A model generated the notes under the pieces. That model searched no databases. It saw nothing but the letters and a program-made list of their open reading frames with translations, and was not told the origin of the DNA. The position numbers were made by a program, and so were the translations under genes. A stretch of 64,000 bases of DNA. Origin: Vicugna vicugna. Taxonomy: Eukaryota. Below are positions 48,835 to 61,330 of the stretch, piece by piece; within the stretch, counting starts at the first letter, position 1; each line of letters opens with the position of its first letter. Location: the NCBI GenBank assembly GCA_013265495.1, contig MU058221.1, positions 5,254,066 to 5,318,065 of the forward strand, given 5' to 3'.

Positions 48835-51800
48835 GTAAGCGCGGCCACCTAGGCAGCAGCCTCCGGGGAGGGCGGGGGAGGTGGGGACAGGAACTTGGGG
48901 CGCCTCTCACTCACCCAGGCTTCCAAACGGACCATCAAGATCAGCCTCTTGGAGGTTCCAGGTCTCCTCAGGCCCCTGGGGTCATGTGTGGCTCTCCTGC
49001 TGGTGATGGGGCCTCTGGGTACCAGGGACGGTCGCCCTGGGACAGTCACCCAGGGCCTCTGGGCCTGGCTTTGCTCATCACTTAGATGAGGAGGACGGCT
49101 CGTCTCTGCAGCTCTTTCTGGTGCCGAATCCCCCAGGCAGCCCCAGATTGGTGTCACATCAGGGTGAGCTCCCCTGAGCAAGTGACAGCCCAGGAGAGCC
49201 TTCAGTATTTTGGGAATTTGTCCTGGCCTGTGGCTTACCTCTGGCCACGCATTAAAGCAAGTAATCTTCATTCATTCATTCCAAAGAGATTTGCTGAGCC
49301 CTAGCCATGTGCTGAGCTTGCTGGGCAGGGGTATAAAGATGATAAACATGTGGTCCCAGCTGCCCCCCGCAGCTCACAGGACAGTCAGAGACCCTCTTGC
49401 CCATGGATAAAGGCAGGACAGTGTAGCGAGGAGACTGGAGGCCTGTGCTGGGACAGTGGAAGGCCAGGCGGAGGAGGGACAGGTTACCTCTCCTGCCCAA
49501 GGGTGTTTGGAACTTAGTCTAAGTGGTGTTTGAGTTGGGACCAGCAGGACCACCAAGAGGTCATCAGGCAGATGAGGCAGGAACAGCATCCAAGGCAGAG
49601 GGAACAGTGTGTACAAAGCCTACTGCACTTGGAGAAATGTGTGTGGGAGGAAAGGGGGGAGCACAGCTGTGGTTCCCAGATGGCCTGTGCTTCCAGCATT
49701 TCTAGTTGGGGTCATTGCCAGGCAGTGCAGAGCAAGGCTTATGGCAGCCGTCTGGGTCTCTGAGGCCCCGAGGCTAGAGGGAGAGAGACAGAGGGGGGAC
49801 CCAGTCTGTGTCCATAAGGAGGATGGAGGTGGTGAGAGATGCCTGACTCCCCAGGGCATCCAGGGATGGGGAGGGCGGGGAGAGCCAGGTGACTCTGTTC
49901 TTCCCTTCCATCCTGGCTGGCCCCTCCTCCATCTCTGACATTCCTCCCCCAGCCCCGCTCCAAGGAGGCCCCTCTCCAGGTTCTCCAGGTTTCCCAGAGG
50001 CCCCTTCAAGAGGCTTCAAGCCAGAAAGGCCCTCAGTGAACTGTCCTGCCCACAGCAAGGAGGGCCCCTGGCTTGTCCCCACCGCCAGCCAGTGCAGAGG
50101 GGTGATGGCCCATCGCAATCCTGGGAGTGATTTAACATGGGCCAATTAGATGAAATCTTCGTCAAGTGGGTGAGAGAGGAAGCGCGACTGGCTGCTCCTG
50201 GGGCGGCTTTCCTCTGGAAAGTGACGCGGGTAAATTAAGGGCGTGATTGATGGCTCCATGCCGCTCTCTGTGACAAAGGAGGGTTGTAAACTCTCCGTGA
50301 ACTTCCCCTGGCATTTGGGCGGGTGGAGGTGTGGATGGGCAGGGTGGCCAGGCACCACTTTCCCATCTCTGCCCCTCGCTCCCCCTCTCCTCAAGTCCTT
50401 CCCCACCCACCAAAGGCAGGGGCGCAGGGGGCCTCTCCTTCCCAGTTCTTTGACTGGAGCAGAGTGTCCTGGGCTGGGGAGGAAGCTACACTCTTGGAAA
50501 GTGAGGGGATAAGGGTGTGGGGGTGATGATGCCCCGCAGAGATGAGCTTCTGGCTTCCCCTGAAATCACCTTATATTTAAGACCCCTTAGAGACCATCTG
50601 GTCCAGCCTCCCCATTGTTCAGATTGGGAGACTGAAGTGGCAGATTGTGGATAACAGCATCAAACAGCCCTGAGTTCAACGCCTGGCTCCCCACCTACCA
50701 GCTGTATCATTTTGGACCCATTTCTTAACTTCTTCTTGCCTCAGTTTTCTCATCAGTAAGTGGGGATGGTGGAAACATCTGTGATTTTCAAATCCTTTTC
50801 CAGTCTGACTCCAAGCAGAGGTCTTGCCTCACCTCTGAAGGACAAGGGGACCCCTGTGTCCTGCCAGGTGGGCTGTCCTGGGGCTGCCATCTCTTGAGCA
50901 CCGTGCCTGGGGGACTTAGAAGGAGGGACAGGACAGGGTCCTGGCATTGCTGGGACGTCTGAGACCCTGCAACTGCCCTGGTGATCACAGGACCACCTCA
51001 CTCCTGCCGTGTGTGCCTTCCTGCCTCTCAGTCACCACACAGGTGGGTAAGTTTCATGGTGGCCTCAGGGATGGTCTTTAGTGACCCACCTCGTGGCCAT
51101 GAATGGCGGGGGTAGGCCACTGCTTTGTTAACCAGAACCAAGGGAGCTGATGTCCCTGGAAACACGCCATTCATTCATTCATTCATTCAGTGTTTATGAA
51201 GCCCCTGAAGTGAGTTCCGCACTGGGGAATGCAGTCCTGTGCATATGGGCGCCATGATGGGTGTTTCTGGTGGGCTGAGCTTGACCCCCCATAGTCCCTG
51301 TAGACGAAGCTGTGGAGGTGGGGCTCAGATCAAGCCCCTGTTCCTCTTCCCTGCAGCCACTGAGGGCAGCCTGAAGTTTTGGGGGATGAGAGCGAGTCAG
51401 GCTTCCATTCTGATGAGGGATATAGAAAGCAATGAGAGGAAGAAACTAGAAAACGTGCCGATGTAGGTGACCAGCTGGAGGAAGTCCTCCATGAGTGATT
51501 GTCACCAATGTCATCCGTGGTGTTGAGCTCTCCCCTTTGGGGGTGGCTCCCTCACCGTTCATGTGCCCCAGAGGCTGGGCAACCTTTCTCCAGGACACCT
51601 CCTTGAGAGATTGTCCTCAGTGTCCTGTGATGAACTGCCCTGTCCCCCCAGACCTGTCTTAAGAATGGGATTAAAGTGAACTTGACTTATCCTTTTGTCC
51701 ATCTCAGCCCTTCTTTGCCAGGGGGTGGGGACCCACATCCTTTGACTGGTGAGTCCGCCATCTCTGGGCCTCACAGGACGTGACTTTGGGGGTTCAGGGC

Positions 51801-51995
51801 CTGTTGCGAAGCCCCGGTCATGCAGAGAGGCCCGTGGGAGGCCGCGCAGCAGAGAGACAGGTGGGAGGAGAGAAGGGCTCTGGAGAGCTCAGCTCTGACT
51901 CCGGCTGCAGCCGGAGATAATGCATGTTAAGCACCTGGCTCTGGGCCATGTTTCCGCAGCTCCTGTTTTTAAAGCAGCAACTCCTGGGAGCTTCT

Positions 51996-52022
51996 GAGGA
52001 GGAGGAGGAGGAGGAGGAGGAG
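51996..52022 (+). repeat. (GAG)9 microsatellite
   Basis: Seen directly. Confidence 0.9.
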
Positions 52023-52142
52023 GAAGACCAGGAGAACTGTTCCACACCTGGGCCGGGTGGGCATTGCCAGACCTGAAGAATAGGAAAGGATCAATTTCCC
52101 ACAATCTTGGGTACTGCCTTCCAGCAATTTTAAGGCATTGAG

Positions 52143-52189
52143 TAATAATGATGATGATGATGATGATGGTAATAATAATAATTATAATG
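52143..52189 (+). repeat. (ATG)n/(AAT)n compound microsatellite
   Basis: taataatgatgatgatgatgatgatggtaataataataatt. Confidence 0.85.
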
Positions 52190-54949
52190 AAAAACAGTAG
52201 CAGATACTAACATTGATGGCATAGTTTAAGACCTGGTGATAAATAACCAATAAGTTCCTGGCCCTAAGTTGCTCGCTGGCCCCAGGTTGGAGGTGGGGAG
52301 AGTTAAGGCGAATCCTAGTGCACTGAGCTCAGGGCTGTACCAGAGGCCTGGGCAGTGATTGGTGACCCCCAGGGCTGTGACTGTCGCCGCCTATGCCAGC
52401 CAGAGAGGGTTGGGTCTGCAAGGCCAGAGGCTGCTCCTCACCCTGTGGGTGGGCTGGTGCAGAGGAGGCATGAGGCTGGTATAGCTCCATCAGATCTGTG
52501 TCTTCCCTCTTTCCCTCCTGTTTTCTGAGCAGAGGAGGCTTTTCATGGTGATGGCAAGTCCAAGGGTAGCTGGGCTCCTCTTTGGAAGGACATCTTAGGT
52601 GCAGACTTCCATAGCTTCGGTGCTGGGGACAAACTAAGGTGGCATATTGGCTTTGAGGGTCAGTGGGAGTCATGCGTGTTCTGAGGGGGTGGCTGAACCC
52701 AGGCCTCGGACAGGACCCGGTGGCACCTGCATTTTCTGTGGACTGTTCCTGAGCCCCGCGGTGTTCAAGGCAGAGAGAGTTCCCCAGAGCTCCTCCTCCT
52801 CCGGCTGGGTCTCAGCCCCCGGGAGCACCTGCGTCCCCAGAGTGCCCACCGAGGGGCACTGTCCTGTCTCTGTCCCCACCTGCCACGTACATAGTCACCC
52901 CCACTGGGGCTTCGGTCTCCACTTCTGTAAAGTGAGTTGACCCCAGAAGTGATTTCTAAGCCCCCTTCTGGTCGGACTTTCCGAGCTGAGATCACCTCAG
53001 TCCCTTGTCTTGTCTAAATGACTGTGTCACACTCCTGTCCTCTCTGCCCATCACGGGCATTTCACTCAGATTTGCAAGTCTCCCACAGGGACTGCTGGGA
53101 CCCCAGTGCAGTGCGCCCTGAGAATACTGCCAATATCTAATGTTCTTAGAGCCCGGATCATGCACCAGGTGTGGTGCTTGCTGCTTAGTACTCCCAACGT
53201 TTCACCCTGTTGACTCCTCCCACCATCCCTGCGAGGTGGGTGATGGTGTTGTCCCATTACACAAACAGCAAAACCGAGGCTCAGAGGCCTGAAGCACTTG
53301 CCAGTAAGTGAGGGGCCTGGGGCTCCCACCGCTTCCCTGTCCCGCCTCCAGCATGGAAACGGGGTGGTGAGAGGAGGTCCTGTTCCCACATGCTCCAGGC
53401 CATGTTACTGAGTTAAAAACCATTTGTTCTGAAAGCCTGTGGAGTCCATCTCTGCTGGGAGAAAAGGGGGGTGGGGTGGGAAACCACCATCAGATTCTCT
53501 TCTCGTCATAAAAATGGATGCAGTTTCTTTTTTCCTGGCATTCCAATGACATAGACGTTTGTCACCAGCTGTTTGTGCTAACACGGAGTGTTCTCTCAGC
53601 TGCCGCTTCCCCTCTCGCATTTGACACCGTTAGCCCACAAGGCTGGCGGGGACTGGGCTGGAGGGGTCGTTGGCTGCAGATGCCCTCAGGTTAGCTTGCG
53701 GCTGGCTTCCTCTGATGTTCCCCGGGTGGTCCCGAGGCGGGGGAGAGGCAGGGGCACTGCTCTCCCTCTTCTTGCACTCCCTTCACCGCCCCCCTGTCTT
53801 TTTCCAAGTGCTCCTCTCCAGACCTTCACTCACAGACCCCACCCGTCTCCCCACCACGCTATGAATGACAACTCGGGATCTCAGACAGCGAGAAAGAAGC
53901 AACTTCTCTTGCTCAGGAAGTCACAGAGATGTGGAAAGCCCTAGCTGATGCTGTAACCCGCCACCCCTCAGAGAACACCCCAGAGCACTTCTTTGAGCCA
54001 GGTGCCCCCTGGAAAGCCCTGCAGAGGCTCAGTGGTCCTTGATCCAGGATGCTGTAGGTGGGGGTTAAGTTGAGAGAACCCTACAGTACTCCGTGGTGCT
54101 GTCATTTAAGGCACATAGAAGTACAACAGGGAGACCTCCAAGTCAAGACCGCGAAGTAGGCAAAGTGTAGGCTCTGGGGCCGGAGACTTGGGTTTGAGTC
54201 CCAGCCCTAGCTGTGTGATCTTGGGCATGCTACCTAACTTCTCTGATCCCCGGTTCTCTCATGCGTAAAGTGAGAGCTTACATACCTTCCCTGCCACCTT
54301 GCTGGAAGGATTAAACAGGATCCCATATGAGAAAGGGCTGGCATTTTCTTAGTGCCAGAAAGGAAATCTCATGAATTTACGGCTACGAGGTAACAGCTTC
54401 ACAGGGAAGCCCCGGAGGAACATCTCAGGAAAGGGCAGTGCCCGGAATGGATGAATGGCTGACCGGCCAAGAGGAGGGCAGGTAGTTCTGAATGGGGGAC
54501 TCCGCTGTCTCCAGCACTTCAGGGCAAACCCCTGGCCCCTCTCCAGCCAGCCCAGAAATCCCTGGGCTTTTAAAGTCCATGAATCCATACCAAAGAACAT
54601 GCACAACGTTTGGCTGTACACGGTGATAATGCCAATAAACAGACTATCACCAACCATCGTGCCGACCATGTAGCGAGTGCCCTTTGTATGCCAAGCACCT
54701 CCCCTATGTTATCTCTGTCCCTTATGCTAACCCCACGAGTTAGCGCCACCTCTCCCGTTGCACAGAGGGGAAGCCGAGGCCCAGAGAAGCACAGTCCTTT
54801 GCCCAGGGCCGTGCAGCTCGGAGGTGGGGGAGCTGCTTGAGCCCCTGTGTGTCTCTGGTTCCAAACTCCGAGCTCTTCAGCGCCTACACCAGCCGGCCCT
54901 GCAGCTCACACACTGCCCAGCAGGGTGGCCTGTGCCCGGGGAGCAGGGG

Positions 54950-55900
54950 GCACCAAATGCGGGTGCAGGGCCTCCTCCGAGCAACCGCTCTTATGTAAGC
55001 AGCAGGGCTGCAGCGCGTGGAGGGAGGCTCCATTTAGCAGCAGGGAGCCACTAGCCCGCCGGGGGGGGGGGGGCATGGGGGNNNNNNNNNNNNNNNNNNN
55101 NNNNNNNNNNNNNNNNNNNNNNNNNNGGGGTGGGGGAGCTGTCACCGACCCCCGGCACCCCCCACCCACCGCCCCCCAGCGCCGCCGCCAGCGAGGCCTG
55201 ACACCGGGTTAAGTCGCCTGGCGGCCTCTGGCTGCAGCTGGGAGCGCGCCTGGTTCCCATTCGGGGCGCTGTGGTTTTGATTAGCTGTTCCGCGAGGCGG
55301 GCCTGGTGGCGAGGCCATGGGAGCTCCGCTGGAACAGAGGGTCCCCCGCCCGGCCGCCGCGGCCCCCCCCTCCTGGCAGCCCCAGACTCCAGATGTTCCG
55401 AGCGCTCGCTGGGAAGGCCTGCTGGCGCCACGGAGGGCAGAGGGCAGGGAAAGCACGCGAGCTGGAAGCCCAGGCACTCAGTCACCGCAGGCCTTGGCAG
55501 CCCGCCCAGCCCTCTGCTGGCACATTCCCCAGCTCTCCCCTGGCCATCTGTTCCCAAAAAACCCTTTCAGAGCCTCATCATCACTCAGGATACAACAGCA
55601 CGAGCAGCTGGTTTGGAGGCAGCAGGGAAAACCGTGCAAAAGGTCCTTTGTGAGAGAGGAAACTCGCTTATGAATAACAGGGCTGGACGCCGTAAAAGCT
55701 GGCGGCTGGAATCCGTGTTTCTCAGGCGCCACTGTCTTCTCTCGACTCTTTATCTCTGGTTTTTATTTTGTTTCCCCTTGTTTGCTTTTAATGTTGTTTC
55801 TTCCTCTTCTTGCACCAGTTGTGACTTTTCTTCCTCCTCTAAGGTGCCCGAAGGCCGCCTAATTAGCTCCCCCGGACGCTGCCCGACTGTTTTTCCTTCT
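54950..55900. promoter_or_regulatory. Intronic GC/CpG-rich island, candidate enhancer
   Basis: Local CpG enrichment (cgccgccgcc, ccgcgaggcggg, cggccgccgcgg) in non-repeat sequence of intron 2. It contains the assembly gap. Confidence 0.55.
55082..55126. other. Assembly gap (45 N)
   Basis: Run of N flanked by G-rich sequence on both sides. Confidence 0.99.
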
Positions 55901-58900
55901 CGAAGCTGTTAAAATTGGGGCTGGTTGGAAGTGACTGTTTTCATAAAACCTCGGCTGGAGGAGACAGGGGAGGAAGAAGGTACCCGGGAGGGCACGGTGT
56001 GGGCAGGGCAGCAGAAAGTCATAAACCCCAGGGAGGGCGGAGGTGGGCAGAGCTGGTGCAGAGACCCCCCCGCCCCGCCCCAGCTCATCAGAAGGCAACA
56101 TGGAGACACTTTGGGAGGACAGTGGCATTTGTGAGACACCCAGCGCCTGGCCCCTCAGCTGATTGCAGTATGTATGACATGAAGCCTTTTTTAAGAACTG
56201 CCACCGCTGCCAGAAACTTCTGGGAGATGTCTGCCTGGAATCTGGACACCTCCTGGGAGCAGTCACCGGGTGGCCTGTCGGGGACCTGTGAGGTGCTGGA
56301 GCAGGGCTGGCAGCTGGGAAGCCAGCACGGGGGTGGGGGAAGGAGAGGACAAAGCCTGGCCGCCTTCCTCATGCTCCCTGGACCCCTTTCTCATGCTCCC
56401 TGGACCCCTGAGGAGGAGCTGAGAGTCAGGCCCAGGGCTGCCAGTTGGAGGTGGGGAGGGGGACGCCTCCCAAGCATAGATGGTGGTGACCTCACGAGGG
56501 GGGTGACAGGTCAAGGGCAGGGAACAGGGTTGGGGAGCTGCGTCCCCTTTCCTTTCTCAATTCCCGCATCCCTTTTTCGCTGCTTCCCCACACTGTCCGT
56601 GAGATGCAGGAGCTTGGCCGCCCCTCCCCTGCAGCAGAGAAAGCCGGTGGCCCACGCGGCTGTGGGTGGCCAGCTCGTCACAAGCTGAGGCTTAGGCTCT
56701 GCACTTCACTCAGCCCGTACTTCACTCCTCCCTCCCCTCTTCCCAGTTTCAGTCGGGGAGACTTGAGACGGCAGCTCCCAGCCCCGCAGGACAAAACATT
56801 TATGTTTATCACAGTTTCAGGGCCATTAATCTCACCGTCTGAAGGGCTGGGCATAGGCGGAGATCCGCCCTCCTTGCTAAGGCCTCGGTGGGCAGGTGTC
56901 TGGTCTGGACGTGGAGGCTGATCTTGGCTTTGCCCTGGGGGCTGCCTGGCTGGGTGGCCTCGCTCCAGTGTCTTATCTGGGCCATTCCAGGCTGCCTCCC
57001 GATCTATCTAGGGATCAGTGGCACAAAGGATGTGAAATTGTTTTCTGAACTCTGCCCTCCCTCCTGTGTCTCCTGCCTGAGAAGTTGCTCTGACCCAGTG
57101 ACCAGAACTTGCTTTGCAGCCCAGAGGCTTCTAGAAGGACTGAGTGGTGGGGCTGGGGGCCAAGGCTGCCCTCCCATTGGGGTGACCAGGACCACACTGC
57201 CCACTGCCCAGCCTTGAGCCCCCCAGCACAGTGGAAGGCCTGGCACGGGGGGCGCCCGCAGGCCCTGGTTTCCCACCTGTCCTTGACCTGGTCACCCTCT
57301 TTCTCCCTGCCCCCACAGACCGGAAGGATGGCTCTAGGGGAAAGTGTAAATCCCTGCCTTTCTTGAACTCCTGGTATGTATGAATGTTTCTAGAGAGTGA
57401 AGTAGGGATCCTTTCCCATCTTCAAGGTGCTCCACTTTCCACCCAGAGTTCACGGCCACCTGGGGCCTGGCCCACCTGCCCAGCTGCTCCCTGGCTCAGT
57501 TCATCCCCACCTGAGACCGTCCCAGCAGCTCTGCTAAAAAGCTAGTTCTGACCACCTCACTCCCCTGCTTGAGACCCCTTAGGGGCTCCTCACATGCCAG
57601 AGGTAGAGGCCAGACTTCCTTACCGGGCACCCGCCCCCTCCCCCCTGGAGTAACCTGGCTCCAGCCGGTCACTCCCTGTGTCCCAATTTACACTCCAGCA
57701 ACACGGAACTCCTTGCCCAAAGGGGCTATTTTTGGCCTCTGTGCTCACGCCGTCCCTTCTGCCTGGAATGCCCTTCTCCCCTGTCTGTCGGGCTCACTCC
57801 TGCTCATTCTGGAAGGCTCAGCTCCTCCGGGAAGCCCTCCCTGACCCCTACCCCAGCCTCCGCTCCAAGGCCCCATTGCACAGCCACCCCCCTGGCCCTT
57901 ACCACAAGGGTGCGCAGAGTCTAATTCAGGAAAGAGTCTATGATAAACTGTGAAGAATGTCATAACACGGTGTATTAGGTGATACTCTATTATGTGACAT
58001 TTTAGAGTTCATTTTATGTCATTACAGTACATTATATTTTTAGGTGATATTTTGCCTGATGTATTATGTGATATTCAAACTCTATACTACATCGCATTAC
58101 GTTACACAGTGTGTGTTCAGGGCACCTCTCTAGCTGGACGGTGAGCCTTTTCGTCTCTGTCCCAGCTCCCGACACACAGGAAGCCCCCAGATGATGGCAC
58201 AGTGTTCCTTCCACTAAAATCCACACAGCGGGGGCTGAGTATTCCCGTGCTGAAGGCAAAGACTCTAGGGAAGGGTGAGCTGGGGGCTTCAGGACACAGC
58301 CGGGGAAGGGCCTCTGGGCTCCCTGGCCAGGACTGCTGTCTGGGGAGTTCGGGCCCTTGTTCCTTGGAATCAGGGAGGAGAGCTTTGCATTTCAGATCAC
58401 ACAGCCCCTTCAAGCAGCAACTTAAACGAACAGGGCTCCTGCTTCTCACAGGAACGGTGAGGGGAGGGGGCTGCTCCCTGGGCCCCAAGACCGCAATGAT
58501 GCTAAGGCTTCAGGCTTCTTTTGGCCTTCACCTCGTGGCTGCAGAGTGGCTGCAGAGTGGCTGCCACAGCACCGAGCCCTTCATCTGAACACTGTATCCA
58601 AGGCAGGGCAGGGGGCCTTGCCGGGAAAAGTGTTTCTCTTCACCAGTTCAGTCAGTCCTGCCCAGACACACCCTGCTCCTAAAAGAAGGGGTACTCTCCT
58701 TGAAACTGAGGAAGACACTGGGGCCTCTCAGCTGGGAGGGCAGCCAGGGAAACAGCCACATGGCTTGTCCCCGGAGGGTGGACCCTGATTTGTGACCGAG
58801 TGGTTTTTCTTCCTGATGGGCTGACCAGTGTCATAGCCTTCACCAAAGTGCCAGGCCCGCACCTCCACGGGCTTGCCCTCTTGTCACAGCAGCCCCATTA

Positions 58901-61036
58901 AGTGAGTGCTAACAGCCCCGTTTTCACTTGACAGCACTGAGGTTCAGAGAACCTAGGGGACCAGGCCAGGCCACGGGTGACCTTTCTGCACAGTGCTTTA
59001 CAGTTTACAGAGCCCTCTCACACCCGTTACTCCCTTGAGTCGTACAGTGACCTCCTGAGATCCACATTACTAACCGTGGGAGCTGGGTGAGGAGGCTGGG
59101 ACCCACTGGAGGAAGTCACCCCGGGCCACACGGCTGGGAGAGGTGGAGCGGGACCTCAGCAGGCTCATTTGGCCCCATGAATCAAGTGCTGTGAATGCAG
59201 ACCGTCACTGCCTCAGCTCTCCCTGGGTGAGGGGGTGTCCAGCCGTGCAGGGCCCCAGGCGGGGGGATGTGTCTGAGTCTCAGCCTAGCCGCCCAGGAGC
59301 TCTGTAACCTTAGGCACGTGCCTCTTCCAAGCTTCGCTTACCTCCTGAGACATGGGTAAAAATGTCCATGGTGAGTAGGGGTCAAGGGAATGACGGCCAT
59401 AAAAGAGCCTTGTCAACTGGATGCACTGTGCAGTCACCGGGGCCCCTGGAGGACACGACCGGTCCATCAGGAAAGTGGGCAGAGGGACCCTGAGTGTCCC
59501 CTTCCCACCCGGTGACTTACACTTAGACTGAGCTGCCCACGGAAGACCTGACTGTGTTGCCAGGCAGAGGACACTGGGGTCCATCCTTGTGCTGTGTGTA
59601 TGTGTGTGTGCACGTGTGCGTGTGCACACATGCACAGGTATGCTGGTGTGTCTGTAGGCACCGTCTGTCAGCATCAGATGAAGGGCCTCCCCCGTGGTGG
59701 GCTGAGTTCCCGTCCAGGTGGGACACACACTCGCGAGGTGCCTGGAAGTCTTCAGGGGTTTCAGAACTTCCTCTCTCCCCCCCAGAGGCCGAAAGCCCTT
59801 AGAGCAAATAGGATGGAGCCAGGCAGCTGGGCACATGGGGGTGGTCCTTCAAGTCCACCCAGAACCTGGAGAACAGTGACCAGGCGTTGCTGAGAACCCC
59901 CTGCCCCCCTCCACGACAGTCATGCTCTCCTGCCACCCTGTCCCCACCACACACACACACACACACAGGCACGCACACACGACGTGGGTGGGCAGCCAGT
60001 ATGGTCATTTGCAAAGGTCGATTCCCCTGGCCCACCCACCCTCTCCACACGTGCACGTAGTGGGTCTTCAGTTATTTAACCTCTACTTATGGGAACAGAA
60101 AAAGACAAAGAAAGCTTGAAGGACCCTGTGCATTTACTGAAGAATAAATAGTTTTGAGTGTTAACTATGTGCCAGGCATTGTCTGAGAGGCTGGGTCACT
60201 GTGGAGAACAAAACAAACAAAGGCCACACCCTTCGGAACTCAGGCTAAATGACACAAAGGTCGTGCAGGAAAGCCCACAGGAGGGCCCCGTGGGGACCTT
60301 CTTCGGAGCCCACAATGCTCCGTCTGCACGCAGTTCTTACAAGCCTGGCTCCCTGGTGTCTCAGGTCAGAGCAGTTAAGCAGAAGCAGCCGGGAGGCCGG
60401 CTCCTGGAGCAGGTGCAGGGACAGCCCGCAGCATCACAGTCGGTGGCCTGATGGCGTGGGAAAAAACAGGAAAAGAAAAGAGCAATGACACCAGAGACTC
60501 AGGAGAGCCAAGAGGCTTGGGGCCATTTGGTGTCGGGGTAGACGGCCCCAGAAGCCTCAAGGACCTGGGGAGTTTTCTGTAGATGACGTTCCCAGGCTTG
60601 ACCTTGAGTTGTCAAGAGGAAGCTGAAGTACATCCAGTAGCGTCTGACAGAGAATGCAGGGAAGTGCATCAGTGACTGGGACCTGGGACCCATCCAAGCT
60701 GTTTGGGCACAGAAAACACATGGCTTCCTTTCTCAGGGAAACTCGCTTCTGCACAGGGTCTCATTCTCCTGGGGGCCCGCATCGGGCAGGCCGGGCCCTT
60801 GTCTGTTTTATTTGTTGCAGGATGCTCGGTGCTCTGAATAGAGCCTGACAAGGTCTGAACACTCCGGAAATACTCACAAAATGAATGGAAGCGTGGAAGC
60901 GGGCCAGTGAGGTGTTTCCAGCTGTCTTCCACGATATCTCATCGGCAGCTCCTCTGTGCCTGGTCCCGAGTGGAGCCCTGGCCATCTGAAAGGGACATAC
61001 AATTTCTGCCTTGAGGAGCTGATGGGCAAGTTGGAG

Positions 61037-61092
61037 GAGACACACGCACGCATATACACACACACATATACACACACACATATATACATACA
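61037..61092 (+). repeat. Imperfect (CA)/(TA) microsatellite
   Basis: acacacgcacgcatatacacacacacatatacacacacacatatatacataca. Confidence 0.8.
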
Positions 61093-61114
61093 AGTGTGCG
61101 CTGACACGTGGCTG

Positions 61115-61330
61115 CCTAATGCTGAGTACTTGGCTTCACAGCCATTGTGTTCTTTAATCCTCCCTATGGCCTCATATAGTAGGCTACTATTATTACCATT
61201 TTATAGGTGGAGAAACTCGAGGCACAGAGAAGTTAAGTAACTTGCTGAAAGTCACACAGCTGGTAGAATGGGGAAGTCAGGATTCAAACAGGGCCCCTCT
61301 GACGCCACAGGCAGCACATTTAACCACCAT
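61115..61330 (-). mobile_element. MIR SINE
   Basis: ccattttataggtggagaaactcgaggcacagagaagttaagtaacttgctgaaagtcacacagctggtag...ggattcaaac. Confidence 0.75.

Noticed and set aside
39632..55737. Canonical BMP response element GGCGCC-N5-GTCT
   Set aside because: The nearest matches have wrong spacing (4 nt at 39632-39645, 3 nt at 55725-55737). My by-eye scan was not exhaustive.
55915..56688. 257-aa intronic ORF (and 213-aa ORF at 55271-55912)
   Set aside because: Non-ATG starts, GC-rich, no recognisable homology or coding-like composition.
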